A DNA stretch of 63,450 nt, the filler included, from Folioceros fuciformis (taxonomy: Eukaryota): NCBI GenBank assembly GCA_049999805.1. It is 7 parts of 7 records of this genome, joined end to end, with 100 filler letters (N's around TTAATTAATTAA, not from the genome) between each part and the next. Parts side by side here need not be neighbours in the genome. Positions count along the whole stretch, not along the records: positions 7,443 to 15,527 come from JBNGIO010004012.1; positions 15,628 to 39,651 come from JBNGIO010004013.1; 5 more parts are not named here. One strand, given 5' to 3'. Below the pieces are notes generated by a model, which was given only the letters and a program-made list of their open reading frames with translations, searched no databases and was not told the origin of the DNA. The stretch's first letter is position 1. Each line of letters begins with the position of its first letter. A program made the position numbers and the translations under genes. Positions 10,999 through 23,376 of the stretch are shown piece after piece.

Positions 10999-11478
10999 TG
11001 GCCAAGCTCAGGACTCGACTCATCCCAACATTGCCCTAACATGACAGCACAACTATACCCACCCGACTGGCTAAGGACATTTGGGAGGATCCTTACACAC
11101 TGCGGTATCTGCAAATTGGACAGCTGGATGTGAACGTTGCCACCAACCACAGCTGAACAAGTCAAACATCGTGCTGCCACCTATTATTGGCGAGATGGTT
11201 ATGTTATTAGGAAGCTAGCACGTGAAGTTGAGCGCTTGGTGCCGCCACTAGTTGACAGAGCTGCATTGATCAGTAGGGTGCACAATTATATGGGCCATTT
11301 TGGCGTCAAGCGCACTTATAGCCTACTGGCCCCTCATTTTAATTGGCATAGGATGCATGGTCAGGTTCGTGACTGGGTTGTCTGCTGCGAGCCATGCAAT
11401 AGGGTGAAGACTTCCTTCACCATCCAGCATCTGGAGCTACATCCTTTGCCCATCATGGACCTCTTTCTCTATAGCTAA
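10999..11478 (+). mobile_element. Ty3/gypsy integrase zinc-binding (HHCC) fragment, related to the 47.5 kb element
   Basis: VHNYMGHFGVKRTY...W...VRDWVVCCEPCNRVKTSF...LHPLPI, compared with CEVCDRVKASF...LHPLSI at 47514. Confidence 0.8.
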
Positions 11479-11480
11479 GT

Positions 11481-14400
11481 TGGCCAGGACGGGATCAGAT
11501 AATCTTACATTAAGCACGTTGAGTTTTATATACAAAATTTGCAGTTGTAACTGCCGTAACTCCTAAGCAGTTTTGTATCTACTACGTTAACTACTCAAAC
11601 CGTTAAAGTATTTAAGTATTTGTGTATACGGCAAACTGTGCCGTAATGTGTTGCTCTAATCCTACGCCGTATCTACATGTGTATGATCCACAACACTCCC
11701 CCTCGCCGTGGATTCGACTGCGTACAGTGCCCCCAGAGATGGCTGCTATTCGTCATGCATTGGTTCACCTTCTCCTTAGCCTGCTGTTGAGTATCTGGTG
11801 GCTCCTTCAATTGGCGAGTCATCTAGTCAGTCTGGCCAGCAGAAAAGTCGCACATTTTGATTGGAATGAAGTGGCTAAACGCAAATCTGCAGCTAAGAAA
11901 ATAGAAGGAAAGCAAGCCTACAGCTACGACACAGAGGGATTCAGGCTGGCAATGCTACTGCCTTTGCTGGACAATCAATGGCTTGCAAATGCTAACTCGC
12001 GGTTGGAGAGCTCCCCCTTAATTTGCAACGGGAATTGCTTTGCTGTTCGTGCCCAGATATATTTCTCTGGTTGTAAGCCCTATCATGTCAACATGTTTTT
12101 GATGGACTGTCTTTGTAAGTCCCTTACTTAGCAAGTCTGCAATGTTGTCTTCTGTGCGTATGTAACTCAAGCTTATTTGCTTATCATGCACAACTTGACA
12201 GATGAAGTGATGTTGAATTTCAACATGTTTTGTCCTAGCATACAGCATGGGATTCATGGTCATAGCGATTGCTGACTGATTATCGCACTTTAGGTCGATT
12301 GGCTGATCTTGTTACTCATTTATATCTTGCAAGAACTAACGGATCCAAAGAACCTCCTTGGCAGCTAAAGGGGTAGCAGCGTATTTTGCTTCCATAGAAG
12401 AGAGGCAGACTATCTGCATCTTCTTACATGCCCAAGAAATGGGGGACCCGTTAATTTTAGTGCAGTAGGCTGCTGTGGATCTCCTCGCATCGGGATTGCC
12501 GGCCCAGTCCACGTCAGATTAACGTGTGAGGACCAGGTTGTTGTTGCCATTACATTTGTATACTAAAGCTAGAGATCTGGTTCCTTTTAGGTACCTCAGG
12601 ATCCTCTTCACACTTGTCTAGTGAGTCTTGCCCAGATTTGAAATGTACCTAGAAGCAATATTGATGGCCTGTGCTATATTTGGACTAGTCCAAATTGATA
12701 AATATAGCAGGCTGCCCACCACCTCGCTATATGGAATGGATTCCATATCTTTTACTTCCTCTGGCGTAGCAGGGTAACCTTAAGTTGACACCTTCTCACC
12801 TGCAGCTAGTGGTGTAGATACAACTTTTGCTTCTCACCTTAAACCTATCCAAAAGCTGGTCTACATAGTGTTGTTAATGAATAAATAGTGATCAATTGGA
12901 TTACGCTCGAATTGGATATCTAAGGCATACTTTAGGGGTCCTAGATCTATGACATCATACTCTTTAGCTAACAAATCTTTTACATGTCTGATGATTGCAG
13001 GACTGCTACCGAAGATAAAATTGTCATCAACGTACAGAGTGACTACTACAAATTGCTCTTCTTGACTAAGAAGGTAAACGCTTGGGTCTGTAGCAAGAGG
13101 TGAGAAACCAAAATTTTTCAAAAACAGGTCTACTATTTGGTTCCAAACCTGGGCTGACTGCTTTAGATTGTATATGGACTTAACGAGCTTACAGACTTTC
13201 ATGTGGTCCTTGATGAAGGCAGGAGGTTGGAGCATATAGATGTCTTCATTCAAGGTGCTGAAGAGGAAGGCTATCTTGACGTCAACCTGATGAATATCAA
13301 GTTGATGTTGAGCAGCTAATGCGAGCAAAATCCTGATATATGTTGATTTTACCACTGGACTATAGAGGCGGTTCTCTCCATAGTCGAAGTTTGGGACTTG
13401 GCTGAAACCTCTGGCAACAAGCCTTGCCTTGTACATAGACATTGTGCCATCAGGGTTCAACTTCCTGCAAAAAGTCCACTTGCAGGAGATGGGTTTCCTG
13501 CCTTGTGGTAAGTCAACTAGCTTCCATGTTTTATTTGCTATGAGTGAGTCGAATTCATACTTTGCTACATGCGTCCATTCAGGGGTACAGAAGGCTTCCT
13601 CAATTGACTGAGGTATGTCCTGCATTTCAAAGGCAGGCTTGATGTAGTACTGAAGTGATTTGTTGAGTGTGCTCCTATGCAAGCGTATCTTTAGATTCTA
13701 TGTCCTCATGGGGTGTGCTCCTAGAGGTGAGTGTGTCACCGGGCTGGTATGGTGGCTCCTTTCATTCGCTTCTAGGAGGGCAGTGTCGAATTGATCTCCT
13801 GAGCACATGCTGCAGTAAAGCGGGTAGGTTTGGAAGGTGAGGTTGTTGGTTTATATCTAGTGCACGTACCTGATTTGTGTCTGGAACGGCCTGCTATGTG
13901 GCCTGTCGGTCTTGGTCGTCATCATATATATTGGCCCCCTCAAGAGCAATAGGGGACTCAGCAAGGAGATGACCGGAAATGCTAGGAGGAGGTAAAGAGT
14001 TGAAAGTAAGAGAGGAGGTAAGGTAGGCTTGGAGAAAGTGGGACTCATTGAAATGGATGCTGCGTGAAAGGACAACTTCATGGGTTGCTGGGTCAACAAG
14101 TTTATATGCTTTAACCTGGTTTGAGTAACCAATGAAAAGAAGTTTATGACTCTTGCCATCCCACTTTTTTCTAGTTTCAGCAGTGATATGAGCGAAGGCT
14201 GGGCTTCCAAAGATTCTAAGGTGAGAAATCCGGGGTTTATTGCCACTCCACCTCTCGAAGGGGGTCGTATCGGGGAGGTCTTTGGTAGGCAATCTATTTT
14301 TAAGATAGTTAGAAGTACTAACGGCTTCTGCCTAGTACCCCTTTGTAAGACCTCCAAGTTTAAGGAGAGAACGGGACATGTCGAGGAGGGATCTATTCAA

Positions 14401-15527
14401 TCTTAAGGCTAAGGGGTTCTGAGCTGGAGTATAAGGTATAGTAAACTGTTTGAGGATGCCCTTTGACTTGCAAAACTCATGAAAAGAGTGACTAGTGTAT
14501 TCACCTGCATTGTCTATGCGCAGGGTGGTCAATGTGAAGCCAATTTGGCGTTCAGCTATGAGGAGAAAGTCCTAGAATCATGAAAGGGCTTCATCTTTAT
14601 GGTGGAGAAAGTAGACATGACAGAAGCGGCTCCACTCGTCAAGAAAGGTGAGGAAATATGAGTGGCCGTCAAAAGATGCTGTACTCATTGGTCCACAAAT
14701 GTCAGAGTGGACGACCTCAAGAAGGCAACAAGCACGAGTGGGTGAGGAATCCTTGAAAGGAAGTTGGCTAAGGTTAGCATATTGGCATATTTCACAGACA
14801 AGGCCTTTGGGGACTTGAAGTTTAACTGGGTCTTTATAACATGCCGGGGTTTGATAACATGTTGAGGTATCTTGGGTTCATGTGACCAACGCGATAGTGG
14901 CAAAGGAGGGACTCACTAGGAAGGCTCAAAGCTAAATTGTCGACAAGAAGAGAAGAAATTGACTGGATGTTTAGGAGGTAAAGGTCATTGAAGGGTAAGA
15001 CGTGTGCTAGAGTAGTGTCGTGCGGGGCAAACAGCAGACGGACAAAGTACGGTTAAGGTCCTTCTCTCCATATTGCAGCTGACAGTAGTGTAGCAGCCCT
15101 CCAGCCATGAACATTAGCTGATCTGCACATAAACATGGTCAGTAGCAGACAATGTGCCAAGCACAGAAGGAAGCAAGCAAAAATGTGAATCTCCCACTGA
15201 CATGAAACTAGCTCACATGAGGCTTTTTAGATGTTGTAGAAATGCCATGATTAATGGACTATTGTTGCTGGGCAGCTTGGAGTACACAAGCTTTCTTACA
15301 ACACGCCAAAACGGGCTGGAAATTACAAACACAAAGCAAGTGAAATCCTTGGTGCGGGGTCAGGCACTCTCCCTTGATACAATTTCGACGATTGTCTTCT
15401 GTGACGCCCTTCCCAGGGTTTAGCGCTGGCCACCATGGTTGATGTCAGCGATGATCTCAAGTATCAGCGGCAATTATGTCACGATTGGGCTCACACTCTT
15501 GGTGTGAGCCCACGAGCATCCTGCAAG
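11481..15527 (-). mobile_element. Degenerate Ty1/copia element: integrase, RT, RNase H, PPT and 3' LTR
   Basis: Integrase LRIDNAGEY/PYTPAQN; RT YKARLVARGFSQ, HQVDVKIAFL and LYVDD; RNase H ARTKHVEIQHHF/NIADLLSK. The PPT gagggggag (11704-11696) is followed by TGTTG at 11695. Confidence 0.92.
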
Positions 15528-15627
15528 NNNNNNNNNNNNNNNNNNNNNNNNNNNNNNNNNNNNNNNNNNNNTTAATTAATTAANNNNNNNNNNNNNNNNN
15601 NNNNNNNNNNNNNNNNNNNNNNNNNNN

Positions 15628-17656
15628 GGTCAATATGACACTCTTGCTCCCATCAGTTCTGGGTTACCCCAGGGTTCGCCAATCTCGCCTATTCTTTTCC
15701 TATTCTTCACTTCTGATCTCATCACTCAACTTCAAACCATGGGTGGTGGCACTGGCTGGATTGATGACACGGGGGCATATGTCACTGCTCCTTCATGCAA
15801 AGAGTCTACAAAAAAACTTCAGGCTATTCTTCATATGGCATCGGAGTTGGCCTCCACGCACCTCGTGGAGTTTGATTCTTACAAGTTTGAACTTATTCAT
15901 TTTTCCTTGAAGCGTAAGGAATCAACAAAAGAATATACTCTTTCGTTACCTGATGGTTCCCTTATCACTCCCTCCGAGTGTATTAGGTTTTTGGGCTTCT
16001 ATTTGGATTCCCAGTTAACTTGGAACACGCATGTTCATCAGGTTTCGGCTTCCGCAATGCGTACTTTGTCAGCTATAATCTCTCTTGGGAATTCAGTTTG
16101 GGGCCTCAATGCCAAGCTTCTTCGACAATTATACATCAGTGTTGTCCTGCCCAAGCTCGATTATGGCTGCAATGTCTGGTTCAACGGAGGTCATACACAT
16201 ATTCAACACCTCCAATGGGTCCAACGTCTAGCCTGTAGGGCCATCAGTGGTGCGTTTTAAACTACCTCCACTAATGCCCTGGAATTTGAAGCTTTTCTTC
16301 TGCCCACGGAGTTGTGCCTCCAACGCCATTCTCTCCGTTCTCTCCTCCGCAACGTCTCCTGCCCTCCCTCTCACCCCATCCATCAAGTCTTTCTTCCTGC
16401 GACTAACTACAAAAAACGCTACCACAATGCTATCCGCAGTCGCCTCACACTCCTTTCCCCTAGTACTCTGTACTCCGCTTTAGGATTGCCCACCTCCACT
16501 ACCATTGAGACTATTTTCCCTCGACTCGTGCCTTCCTGGGCCTCTCCTCTTTCCCACAACCATCGTAATTTTACAATCTCCCACTTCTGCTATTGCCTCA
16601 CATTCCCTACATCTTTTGACTCATGATGCCCTTACCATTTACACTGATGGTTCTCTTCTAGATGGTCATGCCGGGGCGCGGCTGTTTTTCTACTTCAATG
16701 GGGATATTGTCCATCAATTATCTTTTGGTTTAGAAACATACTACGGGGTTTATGAGGCAGAACTCCTCTCTGTGGTCAAAGCAATTTCATGCATGCCCAT
16801 CTTCTTTGCTTCCATCCCAAGGATTTCATCAATTACAATTTTCTTTGATAATCAAGCAGCTATCATGTCTTTAACGGACACTTCGGCTCGCCCTGCCCAA
16901 GCCATATCTCTCCAAGCTAGGACATCTCTCCATGCCTTCTCGGTTGCTCATCCGGAGGTTTCCCTTAATCTCCACTGGATTCCGGGCCATCACAATATTG
17001 TTGGTAATGAGCATGCAAATATAATCGCCAAGGCTACCACTCTTCTTCCCATTTCCCGCGAAGACCGGATCCTATCAGTGTCCAGAGCTCGCGAGCAAAT
17101 TCATGCTACAAGTCTACAGGAGTGGCGTTTACGGTGGGTTTCCTCAACTAAGGCTTCTGCGCTTAAAAGGGTAGTGCTTGGTGGCCCTTCGGCCTCGGTG
17201 CTACAACGCCTTGGTCTCCATGACCGTAAGCTCTCATCATTTCTCACCCAGCTTCGGACTGGGCATATGGCTATTGGGGCTTACTTTAGGAGATTCAACA
17301 TTGCAGAGGATCTTTTTTGTCGGAAATGCAAGTCTTCTAAAGAAACTCATCACCACATCCTTGGCCAGTGTATGGCCACTCACAACACTTGGATCCAGAT
17401 GTTTCAAGGCTCTTACTACGATATCCGCCAACTTCTTAGTGTTCCCAAACTCAGGGAAAAACTTCTCTCTTACTTCAAGGCGATTGGCGATTACTTAACT
17501 TAGGCTTATTGACATAGCTATCTAGATTTGCTATTTTGTTTGCTCTAATCCTCTTTCTTTTGCGCTTTCCCAAAGTGTCCATTGAATCATGTTTTTTATT
17601 CACGTTCCAGCGTCATAGCCTCACGGCTGCATACGCCTAATGATAAATAAATAAAT
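15628..17656 (+). mobile_element. Non-LTR retrotransposon (LINE) ORF2 3' half with RT, RNase H and CCHC finger; Tad1/I-group-like; frameshifted
   Basis: RT motifs GLPQGSPISPILF, WIDD, RFLGFYLDSQLTW and LYISVVLPKLDYG. RNase H motifs IYTDGS, EAEL, DNQAA and WIPGH...GNE. Finger CRKC-x8-HILGQC. A 3' hairpin and (TAAA)n tail lie at ~17610-17656. Confidence 0.9.
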
Positions 17657-19006
17657 TGTACAAGTTGTCTTATGGTGTTCTAAGTTGTGTTATAGTGTTG
17701 TAAGTTGTTGTCTTACTGTGAGATATTTTGTATGTGTTCCTTACCCATTCTCTTTGACGTGTAGGAATAATGCCACCTAAGCTGCCACATAAGCATGCTA
17801 CCTTAACAAAGCAACAAAAGAAAGAGGTTTGTGAATATTATGTCCAACACTCTTGCACACTTCAGGAGTTGACTAGATGGACAACAGAGAAGTTTTCAAT
17901 AGCGGCTTCTAAAAGTGCATTGTCTAGGATTGTGAATGACAAAGACAAATGGTTGGACCCTGTTATTGGTCCAACAACTAATATGGCAGGAATGAGGGAT
18001 AGAGTAGTCGTATGCCCACAGATTGACCACGCAGTACACGTTTGAGCTCTTGCAATCCAACCTCAAGGTGCCACAATTTCAAATGACGTGCTTTGTGAGA
18101 GAATCAAGTTGTATCGTGACTATCAAGCAGTGGTTATGCTGGTAAAAGCTTCGACATCATTTGTGAGTCCTCATACCATACGTAATTGTTGGAGGCATAG
18201 CACTTTGGATGCAAAATTGCGTGCACAAGATTCTCGATTCTGTGAGTCTTTAGATCTAAACAGCGAACCATATAATCCAGAGGATCAATTGTCGCATCCT
18301 CAAAATTACTCTAATTTGTTGGAAACGCAAGTAGAAGAGCTACAACAGTCCATACGAAGCTTAGCATTATTAACATATGAGGATATGACAGGAATTGTTG
18401 ATGTTGGATATCCAACGATGACAGTTGAAGAGTATCTGAACTTTGAGGAGGATAAAAAATTGAAGACTACGTATATTCCTACAGAGGACGAAATATGACA
18501 AGCATTAATCCCTCCACCTATCAATGAGGAGGGTGAGGAGAATGATACAGCGTCAGTGGAGACCATAGTGCCAAGACCATGTACGACAAAGGATGTTGTA
18601 GATAATGCTATGAGGATAACGAAAATGTTTTTGGAAGAGATGCCACATAACACTCTTTTGATGCTTTGGAGTTGCATTCTCGGTAGGAAAAACAAATTGG
18701 TAGTCATTGGATGAAAGCCACTCAACATCAATACTCAACATCAATCAAGGATTGATGTTTATTTTAACCCAACAAACTAGAATTATCTTGGCAGGTATGT
18801 GATATATGAAGGAGCATTTTGGATTTTTTAGAAGCTTTTAAGCTCTTTCGAATTTTTGATTTAAAAGATTTTATGATTTTTTAAATATTTATATTTTCAA
18901 AAAAAAGATGAAAATGCCTAAATGGGAACCCTCCAAAAAATGGGACAAGTTTTGCTGGGACAAGTTTTGCTACTCCCAATTGTTCCCAATTAGAGGCGTC
19001 TGACTG
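17657..19006 (+). mobile_element. Internally deleted pogo/Tigger (Tc1-mariner) DNA transposon with right TIR
   Basis: CENP-B-like HTH ORF (LTKQQKKEVC...QELTRW...SKSALSRIV) and the Tigger-type C-terminal motif VSPHTIRNCWRHS. The end ...gaggcgtctgACTG at 19006 is followed by TA. Confidence 0.8.
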
Positions 19007-19109
19007 TACATAGACTACCTACTTCCCAAATTCGTGCAAACTCTCCGGTGCGACTGCCTGGCCTCACATACGAAAAAAATGGATGATAATAATGTTTGGC
19101 TCGGACGAG

Positions 19110-19637
19110 TCAGAAGTGCGATGAGCGTAGAATGCAGTAAACACACACCAAGCGCTGAGAGATGTAGACGAGCACAGCAAATGAAAGGCTCATGAGCACT
19201 ACATCCCTCATGTCCCCTTGCTCTCGAGGAGCCATGAAAGCCGCGACCTGCTCCTTCATCACTGAAAGCCTTCTGGCCATAAGCAACTTCTGATAGCTAG
19301 CATGCCACTGCAGAGATCTGCTTGGAGGAGGTTTGGGGACGGGAGCACTTGCAGATACCCTAGACTTGTCCGCTCCAACCTCAGCATTGACGGAAGAAGC
19401 TAGTTCATCTCCATCCCGCAGGCTGGAGGAAAGCTGTGGCTTAGCCGCCTCCGAATTGGCCCTCACCTCATCCCCAGGATGACCCCCTGCTCGGCACAGC
19501 CACTGCGTTCCGCACTTCCTGCTTTCATTTGTCGACCAGTTTTTCCCCTTGCCCTGGACCTGATAGCCTGACATGAAAACGGGTGCTCTCGGGTATAAAC
19601 ACAGTCTGCTGCTGCTGACCAGGGTTCCGGCTTCCAT
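19110..19637 (-). CDS. Conserved plant protein of unknown function with a C-terminal hydrophobic helix, possibly plastid-targeted
   Basis: ATG at 19637 (MEAGTLVSSSRLC...) with an S/R-rich N-terminus. The C-terminus REQGDMRDVVLMSLSFAVLVYISQRLVCVYC looks like a conserved land-plant motif. Confidence 0.6.
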   Translation of the reverse strand: MEAGTLVSSSRLCLYPRAPVFMSGYQVQGKGKNWSTNESRKCGTQWLCRAGGHPGDEVRANSEAAKPQLSSSLRDGDELASSVNAEVGADKSRVSASAPVPKPPPSRSLQWHASYQKLLMARRLSVMKEQVAAFMAPREQGDMRDVVLMSLSFAVLVYISQRLVCVYCILRSSHF

Positions 19638-20332
19638 CTCCAACCGATGAATCCACGCGTAGACCAAGTACGGCGTTGGGATCGCTGTTCGAGCGGGAAG
19701 CTTGACGGCCTTACTGCTTCCTAAGGCACGTTTCCTCCTCAGTCCTACCGCCGCGCCGGTCTTGCAAAGCACGGAAGACCTCAGGGCCAGCCCTCCAGCC
19801 TCGGATGGCTTTTCAGTTCCTTGTCACATCGCAGAGCTTTTGCCCTTAGCACAACGTGTTAAGCGGAGCACGGCCAAGAGACATCCTTCGCATTCCGTCG
19901 CATAGAGAAGATCATCAGCAACAGTCTTCCACATCACCTGCAATTCTAGAACGGGAACGTTCCACCCCTGAGTTAGGAATCCGCGCGGCAAGGGGAAGCT
20001 AGTCACCAATCAAGCGGCTACACGTTTGACGCATTAGGCTGCGGAGACGTGTGGAGGTGTCCAAGTGACTCTGCAGCTGGAAAGTAACCTGTCGCATCAG
20101 TTTCACAACCGTAATAGTGTAGCACAGGTACGAGACTAAACAAACATCGTTGAATAAGTGGTCAGATCAGAGCCTGGGGTAATGCCCTCGAACTGAATAT
20201 CGGGAGCTTGCCAGCTGGGATGGTCCGCAGATCCGAGGCACAACGGTGGTTAGAGGCCACGGTTATCTGCAATACGTTATGTCAGTTTGCCTTCACTGCT
20301 ACATGATTATCAGCATGTCATCTCGGCTGACT

Positions 20333-22813
20333 TCACACCACACTCCTTGAGCAACTCAAGGCATCTACCAGTGCACTTAGCTCCTTCAGCTTCTTGTAGA
20401 CCTCTCCAATTTGTTGGTGACTATTCTTTCCCACTTTGAATGTGTGTACCTTGTCCTCGTGCACAATCCAACTCTGACCAGGCCTTTTCCAGCCTGCAGC
20501 CGACAATCTCAGTTGCTGGACTTGATGTGCTTCGTCCCATCTTAGTGCGTGAGAGTAGATGTTCGACATTAGTACGTATGCTGCACAGTTGGTGGAATCA
20601 AGGCTTACAGCTCCCTGGAAAGCTCGTTTTCCAAGCTCCACGTTCACGTACTTCCGGCAGGCCCCAAGCAACGACTTCCACAGCGAAAGGTCAGGCTGCA
20701 TAGGCATTTGCAGTAGTAGATCTTCAATCTTGCTGAAGAGCCCGGCACGACCGAGGAGGTCGACTATACTTACATAATGCTCGATGGTTGCACTAATGCC
20801 ATGATCCCGGCCCATGGTTTGGAAGTAGTAGAGACCCTTATCGACCATCCCTGCATGATTGCATGCCAAGAGGAGAGAAAGGAACGTGACTTCGTCTGGT
20901 TTGACACCCGCCAATTGCATCTCCTCATAGCATTCTAAGCTGGTTTCGTATTGCCCTTGGCGAGCATATCCTGCAATGAGGGCATTCCAAGTAACTACGT
21001 TCTTTCGAAGCAGAGAGTCAAAAACTTGTCGTGCAGTGATTGTGTCCCCGCATTTTCCATACACATGAACTAGAGAGTTCCCCACAGTAACACTTTGCTG
21101 CAATCCAACATCCACAATGTCACAGTTTATACGAGAGCACAGTTGCAAGGCTCCAGCGTTGCCACATGCTTTTAAGACAGACAGGAACGTAGCCTCATCT
21201 GGCCTCACATGATTTTCTTTCATCTGGGTGTACAGTGAGACAGCTTCATCATTTTGGTCCTGCCGTACATATGCTTCGATCATGGAATTCCATGTCACTA
21301 CATCGCGCTGGGACAAGGTATCAAAAACGCGCCTTGAATCAGCAATGCTCCCACAGGTTGCATACATGTGCACAAGAGCACTAGAAAGGAAAAATACTGA
21401 CCTGCAACCTCGTCGGACAACTTCTTCATGTATCTGCTTTCCCTTTAGAAGTGCATCTTGCTTCAGCAGATCCCCGTCTACAAGAGTATCTCCTTCCTTG
21501 GCAGCCAAGCTGCTACATGCTGCCATCAAGCTGACAAAAGTCCAGTCATCAGGATCCACGTTCTCCTCTCGCATTTGAACATACAGTTGTAGTGCCTCTT
21601 GTCCTTGTTCCTGCTGGGAGTACCCTGCGATCATCGCATTCCAGGACACCACATCCCGTACGGACAACGAGTCAAACACGGCTCGTGCATCTCCGAGTTT
21701 CCCAAAGTTTGCATACATGTGCACCAACGTGTTACCAACAAATACATCTGACTGGTGACCCCGTCTCATAGCTTCAACATGTATCTCCTTAGCCTTTTGC
21801 AGGATTGCTTTGCCAGTTGGCCCCTTCATCACTGTGCTCCTGCCTTTGATGGCAACACCGCCACAAGCTTTGAACACACTGACAAATGTCCGATCATTTG
21901 GTACCACACCCTGCTCTCGCATTTCCCCAAAGAGTTGCAATGCCTCTTCACCCTCCCCCTGCTGGGCATATCCTGCAAGCATGGCATTCCACGCTACTAC
22001 ATCCCGCTTAGTCAATCCATCAAACACCTCCCTGGCAAGTTCAATGCTCCCGCAGTTTGCATACGTATGAAGGAGAGTGCTACCAATAAAAGCATTGGAC
22101 ATGTAACCAAGTCGAACAACTTCAGCATGAATCCTCTTCCCCTGCTTGAGGGAGCCAGCCTTTACTGGTCTGCCTTTTTCAAACGTCTCCTCTTCTCTGA
22201 CTGCAAGATGACTACATGCTTTCAGCACGCTCACAAAAGTGCGAGCATCTCGCTTGACTCCCTCCCTTTCCATTCGGGAAAATATTTGCAAAGCCATCTC
22301 GGGCTGATTGTGGTGTGTATATCCTGCAATCAATGCATTCCATGACACCACATCTCTGTGAGACATCGTGTCAAATACATGTTGTGCTTCCACCATACTC
22401 CCACATTTCGCATACATGTCAAGGAGAGTGGTGCTCACCGACACATCAAAGGCAGTGCTGCATTTGAGAATGTCGGCATGGATTCGCCTACCCACTTCCA
22501 AATCTGTTAGGTTGCTACAGGCTTTCAGCACACTCCTGAAAGTGTATTTGTTGGGTTGCACCCCTGCACGTTGCATTTTATCATACATTCTCAGAGCCTT
22601 CCGACTTTGTCCACCCTTGTAGTATGAAGAAATGACCACCGTCCACTCAAATACCGTTGACGGTGGCCATTGCATCCCAGCGTGGACGGGGTCTGCCATA
22701 GGCCCTCGGTGCTGGTGGCCTCCCCTACAAGTGGCACCGTCCTCTCTCGCTCCAGTGCGGTGCTGCAGACGTAAGACCCAGCATCCCCATTTCATGGACG
22801 GTGCGTCAGGCAA
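20333..22813 (-). CDS. PLS-class pentatricopeptide repeat protein, E+ subclass (organellar RNA editing factor)
   Basis: 18 P-L-S motifs including a terminal P2-L2-S2, then E1/E2 and the PG box WKRPGQSWI. It stops before the HxE/CxxC deaminase core. The start codon is uncertain. Confidence 0.95.
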   Translation of the reverse strand: MPDAPSMKWGCWVLRLQHRTGAREDGATCRGGHQHRGPMADPVHAGMQWPPSTVFEWTVVISSYYKGGQSRKALRMYDKMQRAGVQPNKYTFRSVLKACSNLTDLEVGRRIHADILKCSTAFDVSVSTTLLDMYAKCGSMVEAQHVFDTMSHRDVVSWNALIAGYTHHNQPEMALQIFSRMEREGVKRDARTFVSVLKACSHLAVREEETFEKGRPVKAGSLKQGKRIHAEVVRLGYMSNAFIGSTLLHTYANCGSIELAREVFDGLTKRDVVAWNAMLAGYAQQGEGEEALQLFGEMREQGVVPNDRTFVSVFKACGGVAIKGRSTVMKGPTGKAILQKAKEIHVEAMRRGHQSDVFVGNTLVHMYANFGKLGDARAVFDSLSVRDVVSWNAMIAGYSQQEQGQEALQLYVQMREENVDPDDWTFVSLMAACSSLAAKEGDTLVDGDLLKQDALLKGKQIHEEVVRRGCRSVFFLSSALVHMYATCGSIADSRRVFDTLSQRDVVTWNSMIEAYVRQDQNDEAVSLYTQMKENHVRPDEATFLSVLKACGNAGALQLCSRINCDIVDVGLQQSVTVGNSLVHVYGKCGDTITARQVFDSLLRKNVVTWNALIAGYARQGQYETSLECYEEMQLAGVKPDEVTFLSLLLACNHAGMVDKGLYYFQTMGRDHGISATIEHYVSIVDLLGRAGLFSKIEDLLLQMPMQPDLSLWKSLLGACRKYVNVELGKRAFQGAVSLDSTNCAAYVLMSNIYSHALRWDEAHQVQQLRLSAAGWKRPGQSWIVHEDKVHTFKVGKNSHQQIGEVYKKLKELSALVDALSCSRSVV

Positions 22814-23376
22814 GTTCCAAAACGCTGACTACGTCACAACGATGCCAATCACCCCGTGAACTGGAAAGCTTCTTTGCCCAGCATCTTGCAACCAAAATGT
22901 TCAGGAGACAGGAAAGATAGATTCCTCGGACTGGGACCTGAAGGCATCAGAAGACTTCGATTACCGTGCACATCTGGTCACGGTGCGTCCACCACACGAG
23001 CACAGACATGGTTCTGCTTGCTTTTCGAAGTATTGATTTCATTTAACGGTTACGAAAAGCGAGCATTTTGGTTGCTATGGCGAACTTTTGGTTCCTCTAT
23101 TCGGACGCGCAACAAAGTCAGTGTCCAGCATTGCTTTCACTGCTTGTGGTTCGCTTTCACTGCTTGTGGTTCCTCCCACAAATAGTTCCGAATATGGATA
23201 AAGAGAATATTCTCTGGCTGCCCAATCAGATCTGGGTTCCCAAGGCAAAGGCACGGGCAGTTGCAGAGTCTGCACAGATCGTTCTGGATGCTACAAACAA
23301 TTGCATTGATCATGCTGGTCTTTACGAAAAAAATAGTATCTAGTCATACAGCCAAGCTTAGGGAGGAGATTCACAG

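Noticed and set aside
10702..11048. ~55-bp inverted repeat around an N gap
   Set aside because: Most simply a mis-oriented contig or two retroelement copies at a scaffold gap. It cannot be taken as a hairpin locus.
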